This document shows, piece by piece, positions 27,055-42,967 of a stretch of 64,000 bases of DNA (its first letter is position 1; each line of letters begins with the position of its first letter). The DNA lies in contig OZ024740.1 in the NCBI GenBank assembly GCA_964016885.1, positions 135,222,001 through 135,286,000 on the forward strand. The letters run 5' to 3'. The notes under the pieces are model-generated. The model saw nothing but the letters and a program-made list of their open reading frames with translations, had not been told where the DNA came from and searched no databases. Made by a program: the position numbers and the translations under genes. Source of the DNA: Eledone cirrhosa (lineage: Eukaryota).

Positions 27055-27123
<69 letters not shown>

Positions 27124-27287
27124 TATATTTATTAAATAACAGATTAAAGTTTAAGCAAAGAATCGCTGCTTTCACCCTTAACGGGATCTTCTGAAACTAA
27201 CAAAGTTAATCTGTAAACGCAGAACTGGATATTTCAAAAAACGTTGCAACCGGAGGAAGACAGGAAGACGATACTTTGGTTCGTGGT

Positions 27288-27558
27288 AACGTTCCCTGGC
27301 AAAGAACGGGAAAAAACGAATAATACGTCATTAATAGGAGCGGTGAAAAACAATTACGCGCAAAGACAGAACCACGTTTTTGGTATAAAAGAGGTCGTAG
27401 ACTAAGGTTCTCTTAGGTGGTGCATAGAGACGTTCTCTGGCAATGAACGAGAAAACGAAGATAATAAGTCATATGTGGAGCGTGGAAAACAATAGCACGC
27501 AAAGACAAAACCACGTAAATGGTATAGCAGAAGTCGTAGACTAAAATTCTAACTAGGA
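27288..27558. repeat. Two-copy direct tandem repeat (about 140-bp unit)
   Basis: acgttccctggcaaagaacg...gtcgtagactaa recurs as acgttctctggcaatgaacg...gtcgtagactaa. Confidence 0.8.
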
Positions 27559-27945
27559 GACCAAATGAATCTCTGCTACAGAGTTAAGAACAAAGTAAAT
27601 AAATACAATACAGAAGTAATAGAAATAAATAAATACATACACGCAAACAAATACGTACATACACAAGCATACGCAAAACCTTACCATAGGTATACAAAAC
27701 CACGCACATATAAATATGTGTGTATGCTTGTGTACAAATAAATAAATAATTATATAAACGTATATAAGTAAATAAATACGTATATAACAAGCGCACACAC
27801 ATACCCACATATAAATACATGAATGTTCGGAGACGTAAGTCAACTAAAACAAGAAGTACACATATACACACGGTTCTTATATATTTGATATATATTTATC
27901 CTTATCGAGCCCTCTTTGGATTTTAGTCTTCAATTTTATTATTAT

Positions 27946-28018
<73 letters not shown>

Positions 28019-28039
28019 CACATATATATATATATACAC

Positions 28040-28070
<31 letters not shown>

Positions 28071-28145
28071 CACATATACATATATATATATACATATACA
28101 CGTATATATACATATATACATATATACACATATATACATATATAC

Positions 28146-28180
<35 letters not shown>

Positions 28181-28188
28181 CACATATA

Positions 28189-28228
<40 letters not shown>

Positions 28229-28289
28229 CATATATATATACATATATACATATATATATACATATATATATATATACATATACATATAC

Positions 28290-28320
<31 letters not shown>

Positions 28321-28747
28321 CATATACATATATATATATATACATACATATATATATACATACCTATATATATACATATATATATACATACATATATATA
28401 TACATACATATATATATACATACCTATATATATACATATATATATACATACATATATATATACATACATATATATATACATACATACATATATATATATA
28501 TACATATACATATATATATACATATACATATATATATATATACATATACATATATATATACATATACATATATATATATACATATACATATATATATATA
28601 CATATACATATATATATATATACATATATATATACATATATATATATATATACATATATATATACATATACATATATATACATATATATATACATATATA
28701 TATATATACATATATATACATATATATATATATATACATATATATAC

Positions 28748-28782
<35 letters not shown>

Positions 28783-29355
28783 CATATATATACATATATA
28801 TATACATATATATATACATATATATATATACATATATACATATATATACATATATATACATATATATATACATATATATATATACATATATACATATATA
28901 TACATATATATACATATATATATACATATATATATATACATATATACATATATATACATATATATACATATATATATACATATATATATACATATATATA
29001 TATACATATATACATATATATACATATATATATATATACATATATACATATATATACATATATATACATATATATATATATACATATATACGTATATATA
29101 CATATATATACATATATATATATATACATATATACATATATATACATATATATATATATATACATATATACATATATATACATATATATATATATATACA
29201 TATATATACATATATACATATATATATACATATATATACATATATACATATATATACATATATACATATATATATACATATATATATATACATATACATA
29301 TATATATATATATATATATACATATATATACACATATATATATATACATATATAC

Positions 29356-29388
<33 letters not shown>

Positions 29389-29394
29389 CACATA

Positions 29395-29444
<50 letters not shown>

Positions 29445-29447
29445 CAC

Positions 29448-29537
<90 letters not shown>

Positions 29538-29541
29538 GTAC

Positions 29542-29608
<67 letters not shown>

Positions 29609-29651
29609 CATATATACATATACATATATATACATATACATATATATTATA

Positions 29652-29735
<84 letters not shown>

Positions 29736-29808
29736 CATATATATATATACATATATATACATATATACATATATATATATATACATATATATATATACAT
29801 ATATATAC

Positions 29809-29841
<33 letters not shown>

Positions 29842-30179
29842 CATATATATATATACATATATATACATATATATATATAACATATATATATATACATATA
29901 CATATATATATATACATATATATATATACATATATACATATATACATATATATATATACATATATACATATATATATACATATATATACATATATACATA
30001 TATATACATATATACATATATATATACATATATATACATATATACATATATATACATATATACATATATATATACATATATATACATATACATATATATA
30101 TACATATATATACATATACATATATATATACATATATATATATACATATATATACACATATATATATATACATATATAC

Positions 30180-30212
<33 letters not shown>

Positions 30213-30221
30213 CATATATAC

Positions 30222-30338
<117 letters not shown>

Positions 30339-30339
30339 C

Positions 30340-30442
<103 letters not shown>

Positions 30443-30473
30443 CATATATACATATACATATATATACATATAC

Positions 30474-30592
<119 letters not shown>

Positions 30593-30617
30593 CATATATA
30601 TATATACATATATATAC

Positions 30618-30682
<65 letters not shown>

Positions 30683-30707
30683 CATATATATATATACATA
30701 TATATAC

Positions 30708-30740
<33 letters not shown>

Positions 30741-30763
30741 CATATATATATACATATATATAC

Positions 30764-30860
<97 letters not shown>

Positions 30861-31966
30861 CATATATATATATACATATATATATACATATATATATATA
30901 CATATATATATACATATATATATATACATATATACATATATATACACATATATATATATACATATATATACACATATATATATATACATATATATATACA
31001 TATATATACATATATATACACATATATACACATATATATATACATATATATACACATATATATACACATATATATATATACATATATATATACATATATA
31101 TATATACATATATATACACATATATATATACATATATATATATACATATATACATATATATATATATACATATATATATACATATATATATATACATATA
31201 TATATATACATATATATCATATATATTACATATATATATATACATATATATATATACATATATATATATACATATATATATATACATATATATTATATAT
31301 ACACATATATATATACATATATATATATACATATATATATATACACATATATATATACATATATATATATACATATATATATATACATATATATATATAT
31401 ACATATATATATATACATATATATACATATATATATATACACATATATATATACATATATATATATACATATATATATACATATATATATATACATATAT
31501 ATACATATATATGTATATATATATACATATATATATATACATATATATACATATATATGTATATATATATATACATATACATATACATATACATATATAT
31601 ATATATACATACATATATATATATATACATGTATATATACATATATATATATACATATATATATATACATATATATATACATATATATATACATACATAT
31701 ATATACATATATATATATATACATATACATATATATACATATATACATATATATATACATATATATACATATATACATATATATATACATATATATATAT
31801 ATATACATATATATATTATATACATATATATATACATATATACATATATATATACATATATATATACATATATATACATATATATATATACATATATATA
31901 TACATATATATACATATATATATATATACATATATATATATAACATATATATATATATATATAAAC

Positions 31967-32029
<63 letters not shown>

Positions 32030-32141
32030 CATATAATATATATACATATATATATATATACATATATATATACATATATATATATACATATATATATACA
32101 TATATATATATATACATATATATATACATATATATATATAC

Positions 32142-32187
<46 letters not shown>

Positions 32188-32350
32188 ATACATATATATA
32201 CATATATATATATACATAATATATACATATATATATATACATATATATATACATATATATATACATATATATATATACATATATATATATACATATATAT
32301 ATACATATATATACATATATATATATACATATATATATACATATATATAC

Positions 32351-32383
<33 letters not shown>

Positions 32384-32394
32384 CATATATATAC

Positions 32395-32425
<31 letters not shown>

Positions 32426-32577
32426 CATATATATACATATATACATATATATATATATATACATATATATACATATATACATATATATATATACATATAT
32501 ATATATATACATATATATATACATATATATACATATATACATATATATATATATACATATATATATACTATATATAC

Positions 32578-32612
<35 letters not shown>

Positions 32613-32926
32613 CATATATATACTATATATATATACAATATATATATATATACATATATATATATATTCATATATATATATACATATATATATACATATA
32701 TACATATATATATACATATATATATATATTCATATATATATATACATATATATATACATATTCATATATATATATATACATATATACATATATATAAAAA
32801 TATATATACATATATATAGATATACATATATATATACATATAATATATATATACATATATATATATATACATATATATATACATATATTAATTTTTAAAA
32901 TTTCCTTATTTTACGTCTTTCATATA

Positions 32927-32962
<36 letters not shown>

Positions 32963-33001
32963 CATATATATACATATATATATATATACATATATATATA
33001 C

Positions 33002-33042
<41 letters not shown>

Positions 33043-33081
33043 CATATATATACATATATACATATATATATATACATATAC

Positions 33082-33118
<37 letters not shown>

Positions 33119-33129
33119 CATATATTAGA

Positions 33130-33708
33130 AAGTGAGGTTTTTTTTACAAAATGAAAAATAACCGACGGTCCTACACGAGTGAAAGTATAAAGAAAAAGAG
33201 ATGAAATCGAAAATGCAACTGGAGTCTTATTTTTAAAAAAAATATATATATTTATTTGGTTCCTTTACCGGTTTCGCAGTTCTTCTGCTTTTCAAAAGGT
33301 AAGTTGAGATGGAGGGTCTGTGGTTTTTCTCACATCTTTTCTTTGTTTTTGTGCCTCTCCTTTGTTCTGTCCTACGCCATTTTGTTTTCAAAATGGTGTA
33401 GGACAGAACAAAGGAGAGGCAGAAAAACAAAGAAAAGAATCCCCAGTCACTGATGAGGTCACAGAATGTGTGACGAAAGAACTTTGACAATATATAAACA
33501 ACTATCTGGTTGTGGAACCAACCAACCAACCAGAAATTTATAAATTTATAAATTCCTAAATTTATAAATTTATTATAATAAATTGAAGTGAAGCAACTGG
33601 TGCGTGTGTTTCTTATTGGCAACATGACCCTCCCAAAGTATAACAATATCGGTTTCAACACACGATTTCAGATAAAGAATCTTGCTAAACAAATTCAGAA
33701 ACGAAATA
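33130..33708. mobile_element. Penelope-like terminal-repeat fragments in head-to-head arrangement
   Basis: Hairpin with about 50-bp arms at 33335-33438 followed by the hammerhead. Segments recur in inverted orientation at 36430-36682 and 26956-27058. Confidence 0.55.
33446..33488 (+). ncRNA. Minimal type I hammerhead ribozyme motif
   Basis: GTCA-CTGATGA-G-GTCACA-gaatg-TGTGAC-GAAA-G-AA-C-T-T-TGAC: 4-bp stem I, 6-bp stem II, 2-bp stem III. A decayed homologue lies on the minus strand at 36722-36760. Confidence 0.6.
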
Positions 33709-33966
33709 TATATATATATATATAGACATATATATATATGTATACATATATATATATGTAAACATATATATATATACATATATATATATATATGTATACA
33801 TATATACATATATATATATACATATATATATGTATACATATATATATACATATATATATATATACATATATATATACATATATATATATATACGTATATA
33901 CATATATATATGTATATACATATATATATGTATATACATATATATATACATATACATATATATATA

Positions 33967-34007
<41 letters not shown>

Positions 34008-34444
34008 CATCATTTAACGTTCATCTTCCACTGTTGCATGGGTTTGGACGGCAATTTTCCCACTTGGGGCAAGATACATATATATATACATATATATATA
34101 CATACATATGTATATACATACATATATATATATATACATATATATATTTTCATATATATACAAACATATATATATACATATATATATTTACATATATATA
34201 TATATATATACACATATATATATATACACACATATATATACACATATATATATATCATTTCACACACATATATATACACATACATACATATATACATATA
34301 TATATTTACATATATATACACACACATATATATATATACACATATATATACATATATATATACACATATATATACATACATGATTTCAAATCAAGATTCT
34401 TGCTGACCAAATACACACACACACACACATATATATATACAAAT

Positions 34445-34493
<49 letters not shown>

Positions 34494-34729
34494 CATACAT
34501 ACATATATATATACATATATAAATATATATATATACATATATATATACATATATAAATATATATATATACATATATATATACATATATAAATATATATAT
34601 ATACATACATATATACATATATAAATATATATATATACATACATATATACATATATAAATATATATATATACATACATATATATATACATAAATATATAT
34701 ATATACATACATATATATATACATATATA

Positions 34730-34763
<34 letters not shown>

Positions 34764-34941
34764 AATATATATATATAAATATATATATATATAAATATAT
34801 ATATATATACATACATATATATATATACATACATATATATATATACATACATATATATATATACATACATATATATATACATATATAAATATATATATAC
34901 ATACATATATATATACATATATAAATATATATATATATATA

Positions 34942-34987
<46 letters not shown>

Positions 34988-35216
34988 CATATATACATAT
35001 ATACATATATATATACATATATATATACATATATATATATGTATATATATACATATATATACATATATATATAAGTATATATATACATATATATATACGT
35101 ATATATACATATATATATATACGTATATATATACATATATATACATATATATATATACATATATATATACATATATATACGTATATATATACATATATAT
35201 ACATATATATATATAC

Positions 35217-35249
<33 letters not shown>

Positions 35250-35274
35250 CATATATATATACATATATATATAC

Positions 35275-35325
<51 letters not shown>

Positions 35326-35392
35326 TATATACGTATATATATATACATGTATATACATATATATATATACATATATATATACATGTATATAC

Positions 35393-35423
<31 letters not shown>

Positions 35424-35486
35424 CATATATACATATATATATACATATATATATATATATACACACATATATATACATATATATAC

Positions 35487-35535
<49 letters not shown>

Positions 35536-35559
35536 TATATATACATATATATACATATT

Positions 35560-35665
<106 letters not shown>

Positions 35666-35675
35666 TATACATACA

Positions 35676-35713
<38 letters not shown>

Positions 35714-35726
35714 CATATATATACAT

Positions 35727-36338
35727 GTTGGTGCCACAACATCCAGGCCGAAACAAATGAGATCGTGTAGGTGTCACGACAAAAAAACACACAGTCCACG
35801 CTGTAATGTGGCCGTGTAGGCAACACGGTAAAAACCTCCCAGACCCACACTGTAAATGTGGTTGGTGTTAGGAAGGGCATCCAGCTGTAGAAAACCCGCC
35901 AGACAGTCCTATGCGAGCAAGACAACCACTCTTGCCTCAAGTGGGAAAACTCCCATCCAAACCCATGCAAGCGTGGAACATGGACGTTAAACGATGATGA
36001 TGATGATACATATATATACATACATATATATATATATACATATATATACATATATATATATATATACATATATGTATATATATATATACATATATATACA
36101 TATATATATATACATATATGTATATATATATATACATATATATACATATATATATATATTAAAAATCTCCCAGTCCACACTGTGAACGTGGTTGGTGTTA
36201 GGAAGGGTATCCAGCCATAGAAAACCCGCCAGACAGTCCTATACGAGCAGTACAACCAATCTTGCCTCAAGTGGGAAAACTCGCGTCCAAACCCATGCAA
36301 GCGTGGAAGATGGACATTAAACGATGATGACGATGATG
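35727..36338 (+). mobile_element. Two RTE 3'-UTR fragments (35727-36007 and 36163-36338) inside the microsatellite
   Basis: Near-identical to 53666-53948; end in gacgttaaacgatgatgatg. Confidence 0.9.
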
Positions 36339-36356
36339 ATATATATATATATATAC

Positions 36357-36429
<73 letters not shown>

Positions 36430-37250
36430 CGAGAAAAACCACAAATCCTCCATGTCAATTCTACTTTTGAAAAGCACAAGAACTGTGAAACCGTTAATGG
36501 AACCAAATAAATATATGTAAAAAAAAAAGACTCCAGTTGCATTTTTGATTTCATCTTTTTTCCTTATACTTTCACTCGTGTAGGACACCTCGGTTATATG
36601 TATGTATTTGTTCAGCAAGAATCTTGATTTGAAATCATGTGTTGAAACTAATATTGTTATATTTGGGGATGGTCATTTGGCCACTTGGACACTCACACCA
36701 TATAATTTTCACTTTATTTTTATTCTTTCATCTCATCAATCTGTGACTTCCTCAATGACTATCGATTTTAGGTGCGTCTTCTTTTTCTGGTCATATATTT
36801 CTATTTCATTTTGGCATTATGCCATTATTCCATTTTGTGGTGCGTTTTTCATATACTTCGTGTTTGTGTATACATTTGTGTCACCACTTTTGACTGTGTG
36901 TGTGTATGCGTTTGAGTGTTTTAAGTGTGTTTGGGTTTTTATCATTAGCTGTTTTGCTGTTTGTGTCTTTTTTTTCTTCTCTCTCATTTCTAATTCTGTC
37001 TTCAGTCATTAAGTTGTTGACCGTTACTATTCAACTCATGTTTTCTTTCAGGTCTATTTTCTATTATGTGGGTGGCCTCAGTAATTCGTCTGAGTGTTGT
37101 GTCAGTTCAATGTGTGGATAAGATCTTTATTTCTATGTTATCTATTGAGCACCTGTGTTCTAATTTGGCCTGTTGATATAGTACTGATGAGCTTTTTTCT
37201 TTAAGTTCTCAGAAGAATAAAGATAAAGTGAAAGTTATATGGTATGTGTG
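36430..37250 (-). mobile_element. Penelope-like element remnant (GIY-YIG C-terminus and decayed hammerheads)
   Basis: Minus-strand 37168-37025 reads ..IDNIEIKILSTH*TDTTLRRITEATHIIENRP.., resembling the PLE motif IL..R.I.EA..I....P.LN. Decayed hammerheads at 36722-36760 (-) and 37178-37246 (+). Confidence 0.5.
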
Positions 37251-37317
37251 TTCAATCGGTAAAATGACTACCCACAAATATAACAATATAAATATATGTA
37301 TATATATCAATAATTAG

Positions 37318-37533
37318 ATGTAGGAAGCTCAGACACAGAAAATAACTGCAATTACAGTGAGTTGCTATAAAATGGCTAATAAAATTTAAGTAAAGACCCC
37401 TAGAGATGAGAAAATGTTGCCAGTAGCCACTATGAAGAATTCTGTCTCTAGGGGTCTTTACCTGATTTTTCTAAACTATCTTATAACAACTGACTGTAAT
37501 TGCAGTTGTTTTCTGCATTTGAGCTTCCTACAT
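37318..37533. repeat. Imperfect fold-back / MITE-like hairpin
   Basis: atgtaggaagctca..aactgcaattacagt..taaagacccctagaga pairs with tctctaggggtcttta..actgtaattgcagtt..tgagcttcctacat. Confidence 0.8.
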
Positions 37534-37937
37534 TTTCTATATATATATATATATATATATTTCCTATATATATATACATACACATACGCATCTTCATGTG
37601 ATATATATATATATATTAACAGTTTGACTTATCCAGACAGTACCATTGGTTTAATGAGATATAAACAAAAACATCTAAATCTCCAGTTGATGTAGGAATA
37701 AATATATATTATGTTCTGATCTGGTGATCATAGGAGTCCTATGTTCATATATCTACTGAACAACCTATCATATGTGTGTGTGTGTGTGTGTATAGTGCAG
37801 ATATTTGTGTTGCCTATCCGTGGAAGTTATGCTGCAATGTCACGAGGATAAACTGGTTTAAGCAATCCAACAGCATGTCATATCAGTAGTGTGTCACCAG
37901 CTAAATGTTGGTGATTAGGTATGATGGAATTTTCATT

Positions 37938-38065
37938 TATGAAATGTTGTTAAGACAGGGTTACCTTTACATAATTGTTTTATTGCATAGTGCATAACCA
38001 TGTCAGTGAAATATGCATAATGCAATAAAACAACTAGGTAAAAGTAACCTTAATAACATTTCATA
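37938..38065. repeat. Imperfect fold-back hairpin
   Basis: tatgaaatgtt..ggttac..ttgttttattgcat..tgcata pairs with tatgca..atgcaataaaacaa..gtaacc..aacatttcata. Confidence 0.75.
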
Positions 38066-38289
38066 TATGTGTGAAGGTGTGTGGCTGAGTGGTTAGAGAA
38101 TTGGATTCGCAATCGTAAGGTTGTGAGTTTGATTCCTGGACCAGGCGATGCGTTATGTCCTTGAGCAAGACACTTTATTTCACGTTGCTCCTTCTACCGG
38201 GAGTTGCGACCGATAGATAGTATTAGCAATTGGAAAGACCAACGGAAACATTGTTCCCTCGGTCCGATTTGACGAAAGTTGATCGTTCC

Positions 38290-38362
<73 letters not shown>

Positions 38363-38363
38363 C

Positions 38364-38424
<61 letters not shown>

Positions 38425-38889
38425 GTAATAGGAATTTAGATCGGTACAATGCTAGATGCATAGATGCCTTCGCTATTATTTTGATCTTGTTCTCTAAAGA
38501 ACTGATCAAAAATAACAAGTGTGAAAAAATCTGTATCAGAGCTAACTCAGCGCTAACTCTTCACAATATAGTCATGGAGCGATCATTTCCAAATAGAAGA
38601 TGTTAAGGCGGATAATAAATCAAATAAAAAAATTCTAAGCAGTTTAACAATTTAATAAAGAAAACATACATACGCACACATATTCAAACATACATACATA
38701 CAGACACACACACACACACACATGTACACATACATATATATATATTATACACACACACTTTTTACATATATCTTGATATATTATAATTATAGCACACGAA
38801 TAAAACAATTAACTCATTTTTCAAATTTAAAGCATTAAGTTTATCATTATATTTTCTACTCACACAGAAACACACACACAGCCACACAT

Positions 38890-38911
<22 letters not shown>

Positions 38912-38921
<10 letters not shown>

Positions 38922-38989
38922 ATGCTCCACTACAATACACAGCTTGTAAATTTGTTTAGTCACCTATGAGATGAAGCCTCAGGAAGCTT

Positions 38990-39047
<58 letters not shown>

Positions 39048-39125
39048 AAGCTTCCTGAGGCTTCATCTCATAGGTGACTAAACAAATTTACAAGCTGTGT
39101 ATTGTAGTGGAGCATACACACACAC
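38912..39125. repeat. Perfect palindrome centred on (AT)n
   Basis: 38921-38993 is the exact reverse complement of 39044-39116; the (AT)n centre is itself palindromic. Confidence 0.95.
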
Positions 39126-40397
39126 ATACATATACATACATACATATATACATATAAATACATACATATATATATACATACATACATATATATATATGTA
39201 TGTATGTATATATATATGTATGTATTTATATGTATATATGTATGTATGTATATGTATGTATATAGATATATACACACACAGAAATACATGCACTCAGAAT
39301 ACAACAGTCTCCCACATACACATACCTACCTACATACATACATTTCACCATATTTGCTCATCAAATTAAAATATAATATACAGGAAATAAAGAACCCTTT
39401 ATTTTTTTCATTATTTTTTTGAAATAACAATTTATAACATTTTTGAAAAATAAAAAGTAAAACTGATATTCTTCTACAAATGATAACAGGCATAAAAACT
39501 ATTATATTTAGAGAAATATTCTCACAGACATATGCATTATACAACATAAAATGTCGGTATATTTGGCCATAAAATCATATGGACTTTGGAAATAAACATC
39601 ATTGTATAAAAAGTGAACATAACAAATTTAAAAAAAATGAAGAAAGGCATAGCAATTGATCTAAAATTGCAACTCAGTTGATTTAAAATAAATTAATCTC
39701 AATAGAACTGAAGGATTATTAATATATATATATAAATATACATAATAATGATGGCTGCAACCCAATTTCGAGTTAACGCCATCACTTGATACTTAAGCAT
39801 GAGCATCACGGACGTGGCTTTTTAGACCTGCTAGGGACTTGCTTATGGCCAGCAATACCATGCATTGTAAAAAATGTCACATATCAAGTGATGCCTGTGC
39901 TTGAAGTTTTTTTAAGAGAGGGGAGGCATTATACGGGGCCAGTGTGTGTGTGTGTGTAAATATATATATTATTTAATACATGAAAATATGTATACATAAA
40001 AATTGAATAAATTATATCTTAGATGTATGATTTTATCATTAAACTACAACACACATGTACATTATAAATGTATACATACAGATTATATATGTATACACTT
40101 GCATATATATATATATATATATACATATATGTGGGTTCAATCTATGCCAGCATGGGCAGTGAACATAAAATTATATATATACATATAACTTCATGTTGTC
40201 GTACAGATAAAGAAGAGGGTTTGTAGACTGAATATACAGTTCATATTGATCATCATTTACTATTTAGAGTAATAAACTACAACAAATTTCTCAACTGGAA
40301 ATATACAAAGTGTGTATATATGGATGTGAACACATGTGTACACATATGCACATGCATGTATATATATATATATATATATATAAATATTTATATACAT

Positions 40398-40432
<35 letters not shown>

Positions 40433-40664
40433 CTCACACATATATATACTATTGTAAAGTATTCCGTTAGGAATGGAAAGAGACCACAATTAGAGCAAGT
40501 TATTCACTGCATTATGTAAAAAGGTATAGTAATTTATTTAAAAGTGACTCTTAGATCATAAGTTCTGTTTCCTCTGTGAAGACTTCATTTGGTTTTTATA
40601 TGCATTTTTCAAGAGGGAAGCAGAATTATTCAAATCAGAGTCACTTTTTAATGATATACAAATA

Positions 40665-40843
40665 ATTGTTTCTACTTTTGGCACAAGGCCAGCAATTACC
40701 CAGTGCATTACTGGTACTTTATTTTATCGACCCGGTAAGGATGAAAGGCAAAGTTAACCTCGGCTGGATTTGAACTCAGACCATAAAGGGCCGTAACTCT
40801 TTGCTGCAAAGCATGGCGTCCGGCCCTCTACCGATACTGCCAA
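40665..40843 (-). mobile_element. SINE family A, full length
   Basis: Same consensus; TSD tacaaataat. Further copies at about 1703, 4500(+), 17843, 19788, 41137 and 57530(+). Confidence 0.85.
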
Positions 40844-40968
40844 TCCTACAAATAATATACATTACATGCATGTTGTGGTCGATTTGTTCAAACATTCCAA
40901 TATGGAGATCCTCATTATGTATTATGTGTATCACTGTTAAATTCCCTTTGTATTTCCATACAGGAAAG

Positions 40969-41029
<61 letters not shown>

Positions 41030-41097
41030 CACACACACAAAATCACTTGTTTACTTTCTTAATGGAGCTAAGAATTTTGGTTCTCTTATTAGAATGA

Positions 41098-41135
<38 letters not shown>

Positions 41136-41454
41136 TTATAGGCACAAGGCCAGCAATTTGAGGGGGGGGGTGCAATTAAATTGACCCGTGCATTACTGGT
41201 GCTTTATTTATCGATCCCATAAGGATGAAAGACAAAGCTAACCTTGATTGGATTTGAACTTAGAATGGAAAGGGCTGTAACTCTATGCTACAAAGCATGT
41301 TCTCCGGCGCTCTACCGATTCTGCCAATCCATAATAATAATAATAATAATAATAATAATGGTAATAATAATAATGTCTTCTTTGTTAATCACAACAGTTC
41401 ATAACATCAATGATTTCATCATAATGAAAATATTGATGTTATGATTTGCTCTGT

Positions 41455-42254
41455 TCAAATATCAATAGCATAATACAGCAGTGTGTTTAAAGATTTGTAA
41501 TCATCTTTGTTGTAATCAAAAAGGCAAACCTCGTGGATTTCATTATAGCCAGATTGGGTGACTGCAAGAAATCCATCATTACAATAACTCACACATTTTG
41601 GTGTTGTTAGACCATCCTTTGGTGTAATTACTTCCCACAAGCGTCCATTTTTGGCCAAGATATAAATTGTACTGTTGCAGATAACTAGTGTGTTGCCATC
41701 AGCATCTGAACACATTCCCTGTAGGTTTGCATAGCATTCAACCGACAAATGAAAGTCTTGTAAAGTGAAAGTCCGAAGAAGGTGACCATCAAATCGAAAT
41801 AATTTTATACAGCTATTTCCAGAGTCACTCACCAAGATCTGTTTTTGCTTATTCACCGTTACAAAGTAAGGATGATCAAAATCACGAGGACAATCTCCAT
41901 AAGAGCCAAAACTGTGACTGAATTCACCACTCTTGGTCATTACAGTAACACAATGTTTACAAATGTCTGTGACAACATAATCACCATCAGGACTGATGGC
42001 AAGACCGTACGGGAACTCAAAGAACTTGCTGCTGCCACACACTTGCACTAAGTTGCCTTCTTGAGTGAAAATTTTGATGCAAGCATTTACACTATCTGTC
42101 ACGGCAATGTTTTCCTCATTTGTCATTGCTAAACACATTGGGTAGTTAATCTGATCAGGTCTTATCCCTTTGCTTCCAAATTTCATTTTTAGGATCCCTT
42201 CACTTGTAAATATCTGTACTCTGTGGTTTTCAGAGTCAGCCACAACAATGTCTC
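41455..42254 (-). CDS. NHL-repeat (six-bladed beta-propeller) protein, last coding exon
   Basis: Open frame with repeated NHL motifs (IVVADSENHRVQIF; FEFPYGLAISPDGDYVVTD; FDHPYFVTVNKQKQILVSDSGNSCIKLF). Acceptor ttctttcAG ends at 42255 (phase 1); stop TGA at 41457-41455. Confidence 0.9.
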
Positions 42255-42804
42255 CTGAAAGAATAGAATTTCATTATTAATATAACATTTAGTTTCATTT
42301 TCCAAACTGAAAATCTAACAAAGATCTGAAGGCTGAGATATTGATAATGGGAAACATGAAACTAAGAACAGTGCTCAGTTAACACAGAATTATAGTCAAG
42401 AATCAGCATCCCAAAGAAAGCCATCTGGCTGATTATCAAGGACTCATTCACCAACACACTTTAACCTCTAGCCAACAGTCATGCTGTCTTCTCACCCTCC
42501 CTCATCTACTTTTATGACAATAGCTTGCGACAGCTTGCTGGATACTTCCTTAATCCAATTCTATGAGACACATCTGGCTGAAACTCTTTCATCATCCATT
42601 GTGTTTTTTTATAGGACTCACATTAACCATGTTACAATGATATTAGACCTCTAAATTCTAAATCACTAATCTCACTCATATAATTATCTTACATAAAACT
42701 CCTTTACTTTTTTGATCTGAAGAGCCCATAAAATATAAAAATAAAAATTAAGAACAAATTTGACTTTAAAACAGTTTTGTGAAACTAAATTAAATATTTC
42801 TCAC

Positions 42805-42967
42805 CAGATTTCGTTACAGCAATTCCACATGGCATGTTGAAACAGTTACGACCTCGGCCCTTCTTGCCAAATCGACGGGTTAGCTTACTACATTCAGTTT
42901 CAGCTCCCTGTCTCGACTTGTAATTGTCCATGTGTAGGATACGGCGTAACAAATACATGGCCACCAT
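42805..42967 (-). CDS. NHL-repeat protein, first coding exon (MVAMYLL...RFGKKGRGRNCFNMPCGIAVTKSG)
   Basis: Contains the start of NHL repeat 1. Donor TCTG|GTGAGA at 42805/42804 is phase 1 and joins in frame to 42254 (G-D-I-V-V-A-D). 163+800=963 nt, giving 320 aa. An in-frame TAA lies just upstream of the ATG; probable exon acceptor ttatttttcAG at 43100. Confidence 0.8.

Noticed and set aside
27288-27558. Direct repeats here, at 62560-62736 and at 44065-44262 as possible CRISPR-like arrays
   Set aside because: Units are contiguous degenerate tandem copies without unique spacers; eukaryotic context and no cas genes.
38070-38150. tRNA-like A/B boxes
   Set aside because: SINE head continuing into a CORE-like domain; no complete cloverleaf.
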